Shown: piece by piece, positions 26,205-35,887 of the stretch | How positions within the stretch are numbered: position 1 is the stretch's first letter | Layout: every line of letters begins with the position of its first letter | Source of the DNA: Candidatus Thorarchaeota archaeon | GTDB taxonomy: Archaea; Asgardarchaeota; Thorarchaeia; Thorarchaeales; Thorarchaeaceae | Direction: 5' to 3' | Length of the DNA stretch: 43,269 bases | Assembly: GCA_011364905.1 (NCBI GenBank) | Contig: RDNZ01000024.1 | Coordinates: 1 to 43,269 of the forward strand | Made by a program: the position numbers and the translations under genes | Notes under the pieces: generated by a model | Database searches by the model: none | What the model was told of the DNA's origin: nothing | The model's input: the letters and a program-made list of their open reading frames with translations, nothing else

Positions 26205-28553
26205 TTGAGTAATGTCGTTCGAGGCTCAAAGAAGAAGGCAAGTGTATCGGAAGAGAAAGATGAAGAGGATACAACAACTATCTACACAAGTCTTCTCTAC
26301 GAACTCAACATCAGGGCACAGGATGCTGTGAGAGAATTCGCGTTGCATGATATCGATGACAGAGCCGGTCTTGAGCAGAAACGTATTGAGATGCATGATG
26401 CGTTCACTGAACTATATGACACAATTGCTACCTTCAATGAACAGCTTATGGTTGATGACTTTGATCTTGCATATCTCAAGAACAGAGCTGCACAGAGCGA
26501 GGGAGAAAACAAGGAACAGCTTGAGAATGCACTCGAAGACCTGAAGGTCCAATCTCAGAAGAATCTAGCAGATGTCTGGATGGCGCGGGTAATGTCGTGG
26601 CTTCATCAGGCTGCAGCTGCAAGCGGGCCTTTTGTTGAGGAAGAACATGAAGACAAGCTGAAGAGCGCATCCAAACATATGGCGGCAGTCTATACCATGC
26701 TTGAACGACCTTTCTCTGCAGTTCCCAGTAAGGTAGATGGAACTCAGAAACTGAGACGAGTCGCGTTAGGTATGCAAGCATATTCGCTTCTCAAAGAAAG
26801 TCTGGAAACAGACAATGCTGAACTCAACTCAATTCTCGGAAAAAACAAGAGCGCAGAAGCCGAGTTCTATGACGAGTTTCTTAACGAACTGATTGGACAA
26901 GAAAGCACATTCCGGCAAGCATTCAATCCATTTGATGAACTTGTGTGGCGTGATATCATCAGCTCCTTCATCTTTGAACAAGCGACAGACCTCTACAATG
27001 AGGCAATCCCATATTTTGGGAAACGACGTGAGCATAAAGAGCAAGTTTCTATGATGAAGGCATGGAAGCAGAACACAGCAGGTCTCTGCGAGGTGTATCT
27101 GGCAATGACTTACACAGACATTGCTGATGCACAGATGCGTGCTGGTAATCTGGAAGATGCATCCAAACTGTACAATGTTGCCTCTGAGGCATTCAGCAGG
27201 GCAGAGAAGTGTTTCCGAGAGGTAATTGCGCTTCAAACAAATGCGGAGCAATCGCGAATTGACAAAGAACAGAAGAAAGCGCAGTCACTCTATTGCAGTG
27301 TGGAATCAGCGGTACGCATCTTGTCGGATTTGATTGTGATTAACAACAAAACAGAGGCCAACATTGTTTTGAAGGACATATTTAGCAAGCTGGAAAAGGC
27401 CGAGAAGCTCGCAAAGACAAGAGAACTGACAAGTGCGATCAAAGAAGATCTCAAGACATATACGTTTGTTAAGGAACTGCTTGCTAAACGTAAGAGAAAG
27501 ACTGACGATATAAGTAGCATAATTGACCAAATTGACTTTGCGAAGGACCTTAGAAAAACAGGACTCATTCAAGATGTAGGTAAGGATCTTGATGAGGCAC
27601 AAGCACAGATGGCTAATGACCCAGCTGAGGCGCTGGACTCAATTCGTGAGGGCCTTAATAGCCTTGGCTTGCTCCTCAGTCTTGAGGCAGAGGACGAGGA
27701 GGTCGGAAACCTTCGAAACAGGACTCTCGCGCTCTTAAACAATGTGAAGTATATGATTCAGTTTCAGGTTAGCTCGAATTTAGACCATGGCGTGAAATTC
27801 ATCATGTCACGAATTCTCGAGAATCTCCACGCAGCAGAGGCTGCTTCCTATTACAAGGTCATTGGCGAAAAGGAGCCTGCAAGAGAACTCACAGATCTGG
27901 GAAAACTCGCCCTCGCCACGGCATTTGCATCAGAGGCACAAGTGTATTCACGACAATCCGAACAGTGGTCGTTCAGGGCTCAGGTTGAAAGAATAAATGC
28001 CCTTAGGAAGCTGGATGATGAGCTCGCCCAGCTTGAGGATGAGAACCCCATCGAGGATGCCTTGGAGGTCCATGATGGTGCGATTACGAGGATAAAACAG
28101 GCAGTAGCGTCATTTGAATCTGCAGCAAACGAACTCGACAGCGTCAAAGGAAAGGAGGTCCGGACGAAGAACAACGTTGAGATTCAAGTGAAGCAATTGC
28201 ATGGAGTTGTGATGAAGTTCAAGGGAGACCTCTCAAGAATCGAAGGTGCCAAGAGCGATTTCATCGCAGAATACATGTTCAAAACCGGAGAGAAATCAAA
28301 GGCTAAGATACACTATTCTGAGGCAAGCGATGAGCTTCGGGAGGCTGTTGGCAATTACACCGTGGCTGCACAGGTCTTCCAGCAGCTTGGTGATAGCCAA
28401 GCAGCGCAAAATGTTGATGGACGCGCAAAGACCACTGACCTATTGGCTAGGAGCATCTGGGACAACAGACAACGGCTAGAGAGAGACCAGGAACCAAGTG
28501 AGAAGGGAGAGGCTGAGCTGGTAGCGCTATATCTTGGCTCATCTGGTCAATAG
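26205..28553 (+). CDS. Large all-alpha helical solenoid protein (TPR/SNAP-like repeats)
   Basis: 782 aa rich in A/E/K/L with few Pro; repeated G...A...Y..AS..(F/L)..A helical hairpins; GAGGAGG RBS. Confidence 0.75.
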   Translation: MSNVVRGSKKKASVSEEKDEEDTTTIYTSLLYELNIRAQDAVREFALHDIDDRAGLEQKRIEMHDAFTELYDTIATFNEQLMVDDFDLAYLKNRAAQSEGENKEQLENALEDLKVQSQKNLADVWMARVMSWLHQAAAASGPFVEEEHEDKLKSASKHMAAVYTMLERPFSAVPSKVDGTQKLRRVALGMQAYSLLKESLETDNAELNSILGKNKSAEAEFYDEFLNELIGQESTFRQAFNPFDELVWRDIISSFIFEQATDLYNEAIPYFGKRREHKEQVSMMKAWKQNTAGLCEVYLAMTYTDIADAQMRAGNLEDASKLYNVASEAFSRAEKCFREVIALQTNAEQSRIDKEQKKAQSLYCSVESAVRILSDLIVINNKTEANIVLKDIFSKLEKAEKLAKTRELTSAIKEDLKTYTFVKELLAKRKRKTDDISSIIDQIDFAKDLRKTGLIQDVGKDLDEAQAQMANDPAEALDSIREGLNSLGLLLSLEAEDEEVGNLRNRTLALLNNVKYMIQFQVSSNLDHGVKFIMSRILENLHAAEAASYYKVIGEKEPARELTDLGKLALATAFASEAQVYSRQSEQWSFRAQVERINALRKLDDELAQLEDENPIEDALEVHDGAITRIKQAVASFESAANELDSVKGKEVRTKNNVEIQVKQLHGVVMKFKGDLSRIEGAKSDFIAEYMFKTGEKSKAKIHYSEASDELREAVGNYTVAAQVFQQLGDSQAAQNVDGRAKTTDLLARSIWDNRQRLERDQEPSEKGEAELVALYLGSSGQ

Positions 28554-28568
28554 ATGATAGATTGCCCG

Positions 28569-30737
28569 TTATGATGCTGAAATGCTGGACTCAACTGCAT
28601 GTTGAGTGACTTGAACTGTGTGCAGACGTATCACGGAGAATGGATGGAAATCAATGCCTCCAGCATGGTAGAACTTGCTGAACCACTCAACGAAATGAAG
28701 TCTTAGTGTATGCAGGAATCCAATTAGCCCTTCAAGAATCCCCACAATTAGTGTCCCGATGAATGCACCAAGGAGAGGAATAGAGGCAGGACCGTACGTG
28801 TGAGTTGCTTCATAGAAGAACTCGTGAGGGACTATTTCGACTCCAAACAGCGAGAATCCTGGAATCGGGATGGTGATCAGAGCAGGAAGCATGGTAATGA
28901 ATACACTACTTAGGATCACGTGAACCGTATTGAGGGCAAAGATACGTGCATAGCTGACTGTGTGACTAATCATCCCAATAACAGACTCCAAGAAGTGGAC
29001 AATTCCATCCATTTTTCCCATGAGAGATGTAACTAGCATGATAATGAGCGGAGCAACGAACATGAGTAGTGTGAAAATCATTGGAGGTATTGGAACCGTA
29101 GGATAGAATGGATTGTGTGCCCCGGTGCCATAGCCAATGCCAATGATGGGAACCCACAAAGACACACTGCCGGATGCTTGGAACCACTCCCCGATACTGC
29201 TGTAGCTGACACCGAAGATGAGGTTGATGAAACCAAGATACATCCACAGATAGGCCACTGCAACCAAGGCCTTCTTCATATCTCTATGTTTCAGTTCATT
29301 GTATAGACTCATGATGATTCCAAGTGAAATTTGGATTACACCAACTTCGATTGAGAGTTTGAGCATGTGTGTTGCACGATTCGGATCAGAGTGAGCAAAC
29401 ACGGGCCATAATGGTTCAATAACAGTTTCTGCGCCAAAGAAGCTCCCAAACAAAAAGCCTCCCAGCATGGCAAATACACCCATCATCATAAGACCCTGAG
29501 CGCCATTTTGGATGTACCCAAGGATGGAACCCCAGTCCTGACCTTTTTTGTTTGCTCTGACTGCAGCATAGCCTATGAGAAAAATGATGAAACCCTGCCC
29601 AACGTCTGAAAACACAAGACCGAAAATAAGTGGAAATGAGAAAGCCATGATCTTCGTGGGGTCGAGGTCGTGGCGAGAGGGGATTCCATATGCTTTGACA
29701 ACATCCTCTGTTGGTTTCATAAACTTAGGGTTTGAGATATAGGTAGGTGCTTCTACCTCAGCGAAATCAGGTCTGTCAAAGGTCACCTCCAAGGCAGGCC
29801 CTACATTATCACTTAGAATCGATTGAAGTTCCTCTTCCTTGCCCTCAGGAATCCATCCCCACATCTTGATTGACTGGTCAGTGTAGACAATGTAGCTTTT
29901 GATGTCAATCCTCTTTCGTTCGATGTCTAGGGTTTCCCAGGCCGCGAGAATTCTTTGGCCCCACTCTTGTGCTATGTGCCCTTTTCGCTGCTCCAGTTGG
30001 TCAATCTCTTTTGTCAATTCAACAATCTGATTTTCAGCACCTGCGACGACTTCCTCAGGACTTCCAGCAGCATCTTCTGGAATAGTAAAAGCTTCAAACT
30101 GCATAGCTGAGAGGATACGCTCAACAGCTTCTTTCAGCTCAATAGGAACAGTAATGATACATGCAGAACCACCTCTCTTGAGTGGAAGAGACCCAATTGT
30201 AAATGCACCATCTGTGACCTCGTTTATGCTCCACCGCAGTTCTGACTCCCTTCCTGAGGGAATGATTCCGGCGGTGGTGAATGTGAACTCAGTTGTACCA
30301 ATGAAACTTGGATCGACACCAAGAGGCTTGAGTGACATCACCACATCAGCAATGCCTCTTTGGCGTTCCATCTCAAGACGGGCGATGGTTATCTTAGAGT
30401 CAATATCAAGAACTTCTTCTTCAACAGCAGAGATTACCTCAGACGCCATATTGAGCGAGTTATCAAGAGTGGAGTCATCCACATCTGTGTATGCACCAGT
30501 TCGTTTTGCTTGGTCAATCTGTAGAGACTCGAGCACCTTTGCAAGCCGTTCAAGAGCAGAGTATACCGTTTCTTCCTGACGAGTCCGCTTCACATCAACA
30601 ATGCCAGCTTGTCGTCTAACGTCGATGAACTCAAAGAGAGAGAATTTCTCAAGCGACATCAAAACTTGCCTCTCGAAGTCTCTATGAGATACGACCTTGG
30701 CTACAATCATTTCCCGAGGACTCATCTGAATGTCCAT
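28569..30737 (-). CDS. atpI: A/V-type ATP synthase subunit I (a)
   Basis: GWIP, YGIP...LDPT, FGLVFSDVGQG, SHTVSYARIFAL (essential Arg), LHTLRLHFVEWFSKFY. Confidence 0.95.
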   Translation of the reverse strand: MDIQMSPREMIVAKVVSHRDFERQVLMSLEKFSLFEFIDVRRQAGIVDVKRTRQEETVYSALERLAKVLESLQIDQAKRTGAYTDVDDSTLDNSLNMASEVISAVEEEVLDIDSKITIARLEMERQRGIADVVMSLKPLGVDPSFIGTTEFTFTTAGIIPSGRESELRWSINEVTDGAFTIGSLPLKRGGSACIITVPIELKEAVERILSAMQFEAFTIPEDAAGSPEEVVAGAENQIVELTKEIDQLEQRKGHIAQEWGQRILAAWETLDIERKRIDIKSYIVYTDQSIKMWGWIPEGKEEELQSILSDNVGPALEVTFDRPDFAEVEAPTYISNPKFMKPTEDVVKAYGIPSRHDLDPTKIMAFSFPLIFGLVFSDVGQGFIIFLIGYAAVRANKKGQDWGSILGYIQNGAQGLMMMGVFAMLGGFLFGSFFGAETVIEPLWPVFAHSDPNRATHMLKLSIEVGVIQISLGIIMSLYNELKHRDMKKALVAVAYLWMYLGFINLIFGVSYSSIGEWFQASGSVSLWVPIIGIGYGTGAHNPFYPTVPIPPMIFTLLMFVAPLIIMLVTSLMGKMDGIVHFLESVIGMISHTVSYARIFALNTVHVILSSVFITMLPALITIPIPGFSLFGVEIVPHEFFYEATHTYGPASIPLLGAFIGTLIVGILEGLIGFLHTLRLHFVEWFSKFYHAGGIDFHPFSVIRLHTVQVTQHAVESSISAS

Positions 30738-30824
30738 AGTGTCATCACCAATGTCACAGACTCAGAAATGGCAGTCCAATCGCGTCCTTTTCCGAGCTGT
30801 GTAAGTACTTGACGCTTTCCACGC

Positions 30825-30871
30825 TATAAATAACCTTTACGACGGAGGTTAATGAAGGTCAATCTTTAAAG
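30825..30871. promoter_or_regulatory. Divergent promoter region between subunit I and subunit H genes
   Basis: TATAAATA (30825-30832) and CTTTAAAG (about 30863-30871) with a short inverted repeat TAACCT-N9-AGGTTA (30831-30851) between them. Confidence 0.35.
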
Positions 30872-30920
30872 GGGAGAGTTATTGGTGGTGGACTACTACC
30901 GTGTACCTTGAGGTATAGTG

Positions 30921-31244
30921 ATGAGTACGGCACACGATGAGATTGACCAGATTCACGAAACCGAAAAAGCAGCCAAAAAGAGAATTGACGATGCTCAGTT
31001 AAAAGCGCGTAAAATCCATGATAAGGCGGATGAAGAAGCAAAGAAGATTGTTGAGGTTGCTGAAAAAGAGGCGAATGAAACCGCCACGAAAAAGCTCAAT
31101 GAAATCCAGAGCAAAAAGGTAGAGATTGAATCACAGGTCATCAAGGAAACCGATAAGGAGATTAAGACGCTACAAGCAGACGCTCAGAAAAAGCGGGATG
31201 TCGCTTATCAAGCTGTCATCAAAATCCTACTGGGGGAGGCATGA
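30921..31244 (+). CDS. atpH: A/V-type ATP synthase subunit H (G-like peripheral stalk)
   Basis: Charged helix I..I.E.E..A...I..A...A..I...A..EA, located directly upstream of subunit E. Confidence 0.85.
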   Translation: MSTAHDEIDQIHETEKAAKKRIDDAQLKARKIHDKADEEAKKIVEVAEKEANETATKKLNEIQSKKVEIESQVIKETDKEIKTLQADAQKKRDVAYQAVIKILLGEA

Positions 31245-31248
31245 AACA

Positions 31249-31878
31249 ATGAGCGGAATGGAGAATATAATTGAAATCATTAACTCCAAGACTGCAGAGA
31301 AAGAGAAGTCAATCCTTGAAGAAGCTGAGGCGCTGAAAGAACAGAAGCTGAAAGACGCTCGTGCCAAGGCAAGACAAATCACAGATTCAATAACTGGCAA
31401 AGCAGACAACGAAGTGAACGCAGAGATTTCCCGATACGAAGCTAGCGCTAAGCTGAAAGCAAAGTACAAACTACTAGAGGCAAAGGAGGCGCTTATCCAA
31501 GAAATAATGGAATCTGCAACGGAATACCTTGAGGAATCGGTAAAGAAGAAAGCCTATGAGCAGACTCTTGAAACTCTGATTATAGATGGAGCAAAGTCTC
31601 TCGAAGACAATGACTTGGAGATTTTAACGCCAAAGGGGCATGAATCAAAAATCGACCTGAAGAATGTTGAAGCTGCAATCGCGAAACAAATAGGTAAGAA
31701 AATAAAATTGAACATTTCAAAGGAGAATGTTCGTGCAACAGGTGGAGTGATCATTCGAAACAAGGATTCAACACGGTGGGTCGACAACACCTTTGAGGCA
31801 AGATTGGAGCGCTTGCAAGGCAAGATACGTGACTCAATTTCATCAATCCTATTCGGTACTGAAGAAAAGAAAAAGTAG
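31249..31878 (+). CDS. atpE: A/V-type ATP synthase subunit E
   Basis: MSGMENII..I, a long charged helix, then GGVII....VDNTFEARL. Start corrected to ATG 31249. Confidence 0.93.
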   Translation: MSGMENIIEIINSKTAEKEKSILEEAEALKEQKLKDARAKARQITDSITGKADNEVNAEISRYEASAKLKAKYKLLEAKEALIQEIMESATEYLEESVKKKAYEQTLETLIIDGAKSLEDNDLEILTPKGHESKIDLKNVEAAIAKQIGKKIKLNISKENVRATGGVIIRNKDSTRWVDNTFEARLERLQGKIRDSISSILFGTEEKKK

Positions 31879-31900
31879 AGGGAGGAAGATCACCTCTACT
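31874..31900. terminator. 8-bp inverted repeat between the convergent subunit E and K genes; possible terminator or RNA-stability hairpin
   Basis: AGTAGAGG(31874-31881)-N11-CCTCTACT(31893-31900). Confidence 0.3.
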
Positions 31901-31920
31901 GGTTTCTCTATGGCCTTCGA

Positions 31921-32328
31921 TTAAGGGAGAATCGTTGGAATATATCCCAGAAGAAGGAATGCAATAACGAAACCGTAGATAGCTACAGCTTCAATGAATA
32001 CAACGTAAAGAATACTCTTTCCGAAAGTTTCAGGTTTCTCGGTAATAGCTCCAAGCGATGCTGCAGAAGCCGTACCCATACCAAGGCCTGCACCAATAGC
32101 AGCCAGACCCAATGCGAGTCCTGCGCCAAGACCAAGGCCGAAGATAGCCCAACCATCACCATCAGCAAGATTTGCCTGTGCAGGCACATATCCATTGTTG
32201 GCTGGAACACCAAGCGCCCTTAGAACCGTTGAAGCATCAGCGATGGAAATTGCAAATACTGCAAGCATGAGCAGTGCTATGCCCATCATCATCATGGCCA
32301 TGAACTTGATTTGTTTGTCGATTTTCAT
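31921..32328 (-). CDS. atpK: A/V-type ATP synthase proteolipid subunit K (c), single hairpin with an N-terminal hydrophobic extension
   Basis: GLAAIGAGLGMG..SAASLGAITEKPE.FGKS..YVVFIEAVAIYG. Start is ATG 32328 after GGAGG. Confidence 0.93.
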   Translation of the reverse strand: MKIDKQIKFMAMMMMGIALLMLAVFAISIADASTVLRALGVPANNGYVPAQANLADGDGWAIFGLGLGAGLALGLAAIGAGLGMGTASAASLGAITEKPETFGKSILYVVFIEAVAIYGFVIAFLLLGYIPTILP

Positions 32329-32348
32329 GTGATCGTTTCCTCCGAATG

Positions 32349-33413
32349 TCACCAGATTGTAATCATCTTTCTAATATCTTCAGCTGATTGTCCGCGCTCA
32401 ACCCCTACTGCAATCGAGCGGATGTTTCGAATCTCGTAAAACTTGAGACTAAAAAACCCAATGATTGTGCCCAGATGAAATGGGTATGCTGTCAGCTGCT
32501 GTTTTACTCTCTGAGCTAAATAGTCTTCAATTGCCAGCTCTACATCTGAGAGATCCTCGGTTTCTTCAAAGAGCCTGGCGATTCTTCCCGCAAATTCACG
32601 ATACCGTGTTGTGTCGAGCCTCGTGATAACATCCCGCCAAGTGTTCACATTCTTCAGTGATTCAGTGAATTCACGCGTTTTGGCGAATCTGATGAGGGAC
32701 TGTTCTAGAGCGTGTGACTCTAGTTGTAGTGTGACGGCTCGAAGTGCTGTAAGGGCATTCCTCAGGATTACCCTGGTCTCAAGAATGTCTAACACTCTTC
32801 GCGATTCATCACTTGAGAATTCTTTGAGCGATTCGGAAACCTTCTTGAGATACCATTCTTCAATCGCGACCTCCAAGGGGGCTGGAGAGTCGAATGATTC
32901 ATAGCTCGGAAGCTTTGTCAGAAGCGCCACCCTAAGGTCCCATTGGGGAAGGAGATCTATCAGCTTGCTTACTGAACCAGCATCAACAAGTGCTTCAAAA
33001 AGCACCTCCTGCTCAGGACTCTGCGGTACTGCAAAGCGCAGAATCTCCTCCTTGTCAAGACCAGTGTGGATACCACGAATTATCGACTTTACACTCTCAG
33101 CCATAAAGCTCTCAAGATAGGTGGTCGTGAAATTCCGAATCCTCCCAGTGAGAGTGCGCGATAAATTCGTACTTACATCGGCAAAGTCTTGGGATAGAAG
33201 GAGCGCAAGGTCCTCAGGACTAGGCTTGCTGGTTGTTGAGCCTCTACTGATAATCTGACCATAATAAGTTCCAGAGAGAATCTTGATGAAATCATCGTAA
33301 CTGCCACTAGAAAGGAGGCTCTCATAGACGCCAACTGTGAGAAATCGAGACTTCATAGCTCGTATTCTCGCATTGACAAAGCCATATTCATTCGCAGATT
33401 TGGATGACATCAT
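32349..33413 (-). CDS. atpC: A/V-type ATP synthase subunit C (d)
   Basis: YGFVNARIRAMKSRFL and PF..GTIIGF...K.YEIRNIR.IA.G. Start is 33413 or 33410 after GAGGAG. Confidence 0.93.
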   Translation of the reverse strand: MMSSKSANEYGFVNARIRAMKSRFLTVGVYESLLSSGSYDDFIKILSGTYYGQIISRGSTTSKPSPEDLALLLSQDFADVSTNLSRTLTGRIRNFTTTYLESFMAESVKSIIRGIHTGLDKEEILRFAVPQSPEQEVLFEALVDAGSVSKLIDLLPQWDLRVALLTKLPSYESFDSPAPLEVAIEEWYLKKVSESLKEFSSDESRRVLDILETRVILRNALTALRAVTLQLESHALEQSLIRFAKTREFTESLKNVNTWRDVITRLDTTRYREFAGRIARLFEETEDLSDVELAIEDYLAQRVKQQLTAYPFHLGTIIGFFSLKFYEIRNIRSIAVGVERGQSAEDIRKMITIW

Positions 33414-33553
33414 AGATTTCTTGCTCCTCACAATCTGATGAGGACTAGGGTTTGACAATGTATGCACGATATAAGCTTGACGAACGAGCGTCTTTACTAT
33501 GTGAGTAGAAGAATTCATATAACTAACACGCTACATCGGTCTTGTTGGTGAAA

Positions 33554-34120
33554 ATGACAGCAGATCGTGAGGATTACATCAATCTTGGAAGCCTCTTCAG
33601 AAGCTCAGCGACAATCAGTTTTGTGATACAGATTGTTGCTGTCATCATGATGATTGGGTCGTTGTCGGCCTATGCAGTAGGAGACTTGGTTCTTGAACTA
33701 AACAGCCAACTGAAGATACTGGTTCTTCTTCTAACCTGCATCTTAGCCCTGCTAATCTTCCTCGCAGCAATGAGTGTGTTCATTAGATTCTCAAGACGGA
33801 TTGGTGATGCTGTCGTTGGACCGGGCGTCGAAGAAGTGAAGATGAACACACCCAGAGTGAAGCTGGTAGTCGTGACATTCGGTCTTCTTGTTGCCCTGAT
33901 GGGGATAACTGGTGTCTATGTCTGGTATCTCCTTGACTTGTACTATCTTGCTCCATGGGCGGCGTCGCTGAACTCCGTCTCACTCAGAGTCTTTGGAATC
34001 GGGCTTGGAATGTTCTTCATTGCGTTACTTGTACAACTAATCATCGCAGCTGTTGGCAGGAGTGCAACAAAAGTCATACTCGAGGTTCTTGATGCAGACG
34101 ACTCAGAGTTTCTGGATTGA
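33554..34120 (+). CDS. Four-TM membrane protein of unknown function, apparently a duplicated hairpin
   Basis: Four hydrophobic segments; LNSQLKIL and LNSVSLRV fall at equivalent loop positions; divergent from subunit C. Confidence 0.7.
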   Translation: MTADREDYINLGSLFRSSATISFVIQIVAVIMMIGSLSAYAVGDLVLELNSQLKILVLLLTCILALLIFLAAMSVFIRFSRRIGDAVVGPGVEEVKMNTPRVKLVVVTFGLLVALMGITGVYVWYLLDLYYLAPWAASLNSVSLRVFGIGLGMFFIALLVQLIIAAVGRSATKVILEVLDADDSEFLD

Positions 34121-34128
34121 AGTATCCA

Positions 34129-34482
34129 TTACTCGTCATCTGATTCATCATCGTTAGTAGAGTCTAGGTCGAAGACAACATCCTCAAGTATCTCCTCCAT
34201 GGGAGGCATGTATACTCTCGACTTCGGGATTTGAGTTTCGAGCCGATCAAAGTATCTGATGGTGGCAAACACACTATACACACCAAAGAAGAAACCAAAG
34301 AGAGCCCCAAGAAGTGCTCCCAAAATTCCCCCAGAGGGCCCTGAAATAGAGCTGCCTATAATCTGACCGACTAAGAGGAGGGCAATAACGGCACAAGGCA
34401 ATTCGGATGAAACTGCAAGCCATCGACCCATGCTTGCCATACCGTCATCCGATCTCTTTGCTCTATTATCCGACTCGTTCAT
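34129..34482 (-). CDS. AtpZ/AtpI (ATPase gene 1)-like two-TM protein
   Basis: Two-helix pattern W.AVSSEL..AV.....VG..IG...G.LLG.LFGFFFGVYSV...I; acidic tail; next to ATP synthase genes. Confidence 0.65.
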   Translation of the reverse strand: MNESDNRAKRSDDGMASMGRWLAVSSELPCAVIALLLVGQIIGSSISGPSGGILGALLGALFGFFFGVYSVFATIRYFDRLETQIPKSRVYMPPMEEILEDVVFDLDSTNDDESDDE

Positions 34483-34594
34483 GGGTCAGGACTTATTCCT
34501 TCTGCAATATCTGTTTTGGTGTCGACTGCCACTGAGTGCAGCATGGTGAATGTTTTTGTGAGTGTTCCTCATATCCAAAGGCGAGGCAAAAACA

Positions 34595-35887
34595 TTGGAT
34601 GTTCATGTGACATACGGCGACGGAACAATTAGTCTCAAGATTCCAGAGGGGAATCTAGCAGGCATTATTAAGCCAAAACCATCAAAGACGCAATCTAATG
34701 TTCAAGCCGGGATTGAAAGCGTACTTGACAACCCTCATGGCCCACTGCTATCCGACATCTCCCAAAGCAAGAGCGTGTGTGTGTTAGTGGAGGATCATAC
34801 CCGCGATGCTCCGCACAGGGATATGATAGCAGCAGTGGTTCCTAGACTCAGAGATGCCAATCACGTCCAGTTTATTATCACCACCGGATCACACGAGGTC
34901 AACCATCCTGGCAATCTCGAAATTGTGGACATGATTAGACGCGCTGCAGGTGATGCCAAACTTGCCAGCTTTGATGTCATCATCCACGACTGCCAATCCT
35001 CTGATATGGTAGATATTGGAGTGACAAGTCGAGGGACACCAGTCATTATCGATTCCCCTGCAGTGGGGCACGATGTCTACGTGAGCCTTACTGATATGAA
35101 AGCGCATTACTTTGCAGGCTATTCAAATGTCGTGAAAAACTTCCTACCCGGTGTCTGCGCGTTTAAGACCATTGAAGCAAATCACTCCCTAGCACTAAAT
35201 CCTCGCTCAACATTTGGAATCCATCCATTCCACCCTGACAAGTCTAGGCAAGACAATCCACTAGCTCAAGACATGAAAGAAGCGATGGAAATGATTACCA
35301 AAGAGGCGAAGATATTCCTTATCGCAATTGTATCAAGTAGTGGGAAACTCGTCTGGGCGGATGCAGGACAACCGGAACCTGTGACAGCTCGTGGCATGGA
35401 AATACTTGATGAAACCTCTAGTTTCACAGTCACTCCCCAAAGTAGAATTGTTGTGTCTCCAGGCGGCTATCCACAGGATGAGAGTCTCTACCACGCTCAG
35501 AGAGCGATTGAACTCACAAAGAACGCAGTCTTAGACGATGGTCAGATACTAGTCCTTGCAGAATGCAGGGATGGCATAGCTCCTGAGTCAGCAATCGAGA
35601 ACTTCTATAACAGACTGACTGCCCCACTTGATGACGTGATCAAGTCAATCAGCGGGAAGTATCATCTCTACGAGCATAAAGCATACAAGTTTGCTGAGCT
35701 TATGAAGCGAGTATCAAGAGTCCGTCTGTACTCAAAACTGGACCAGACAACCGTTGAAGCAGCTCATCTCGAGATGGTAGATAATCCTCAGGCGGTAATT
35801 GATGAGTGGATTGAAGAGAACCCGGACGTGAAGATCCTTGTGCTGGACAAGGGAAACAAGATTGCGGTCTATGCTGACTCTTCGTAA
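34595..35887 (+). CDS. LarA-family nickel-pincer-dependent hydroxy-acid racemase/epimerase
   Basis: M.V..TYG, EDHTR, TGSH, IHD, GVTSRGTPV, HYFAGYS...K..LPG, ANH, GGYP.D..LY, AEC.DG. Start is TTG 34595 or GTG 34562. Confidence 0.88.
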   Translation: MDVHVTYGDGTISLKIPEGNLAGIIKPKPSKTQSNVQAGIESVLDNPHGPLLSDISQSKSVCVLVEDHTRDAPHRDMIAAVVPRLRDANHVQFIITTGSHEVNHPGNLEIVDMIRRAAGDAKLASFDVIIHDCQSSDMVDIGVTSRGTPVIIDSPAVGHDVYVSLTDMKAHYFAGYSNVVKNFLPGVCAFKTIEANHSLALNPRSTFGIHPFHPDKSRQDNPLAQDMKEAMEMITKEAKIFLIAIVSSSGKLVWADAGQPEPVTARGMEILDETSSFTVTPQSRIVVSPGGYPQDESLYHAQRAIELTKNAVLDDGQILVLAECRDGIAPESAIENFYNRLTAPLDDVIKSISGKYHLYEHKAYKFAELMKRVSRVRLYSKLDQTTVEAAHLEMVDNPQAVIDEWIEENPDVKILVLDKGNKIAVYADSS

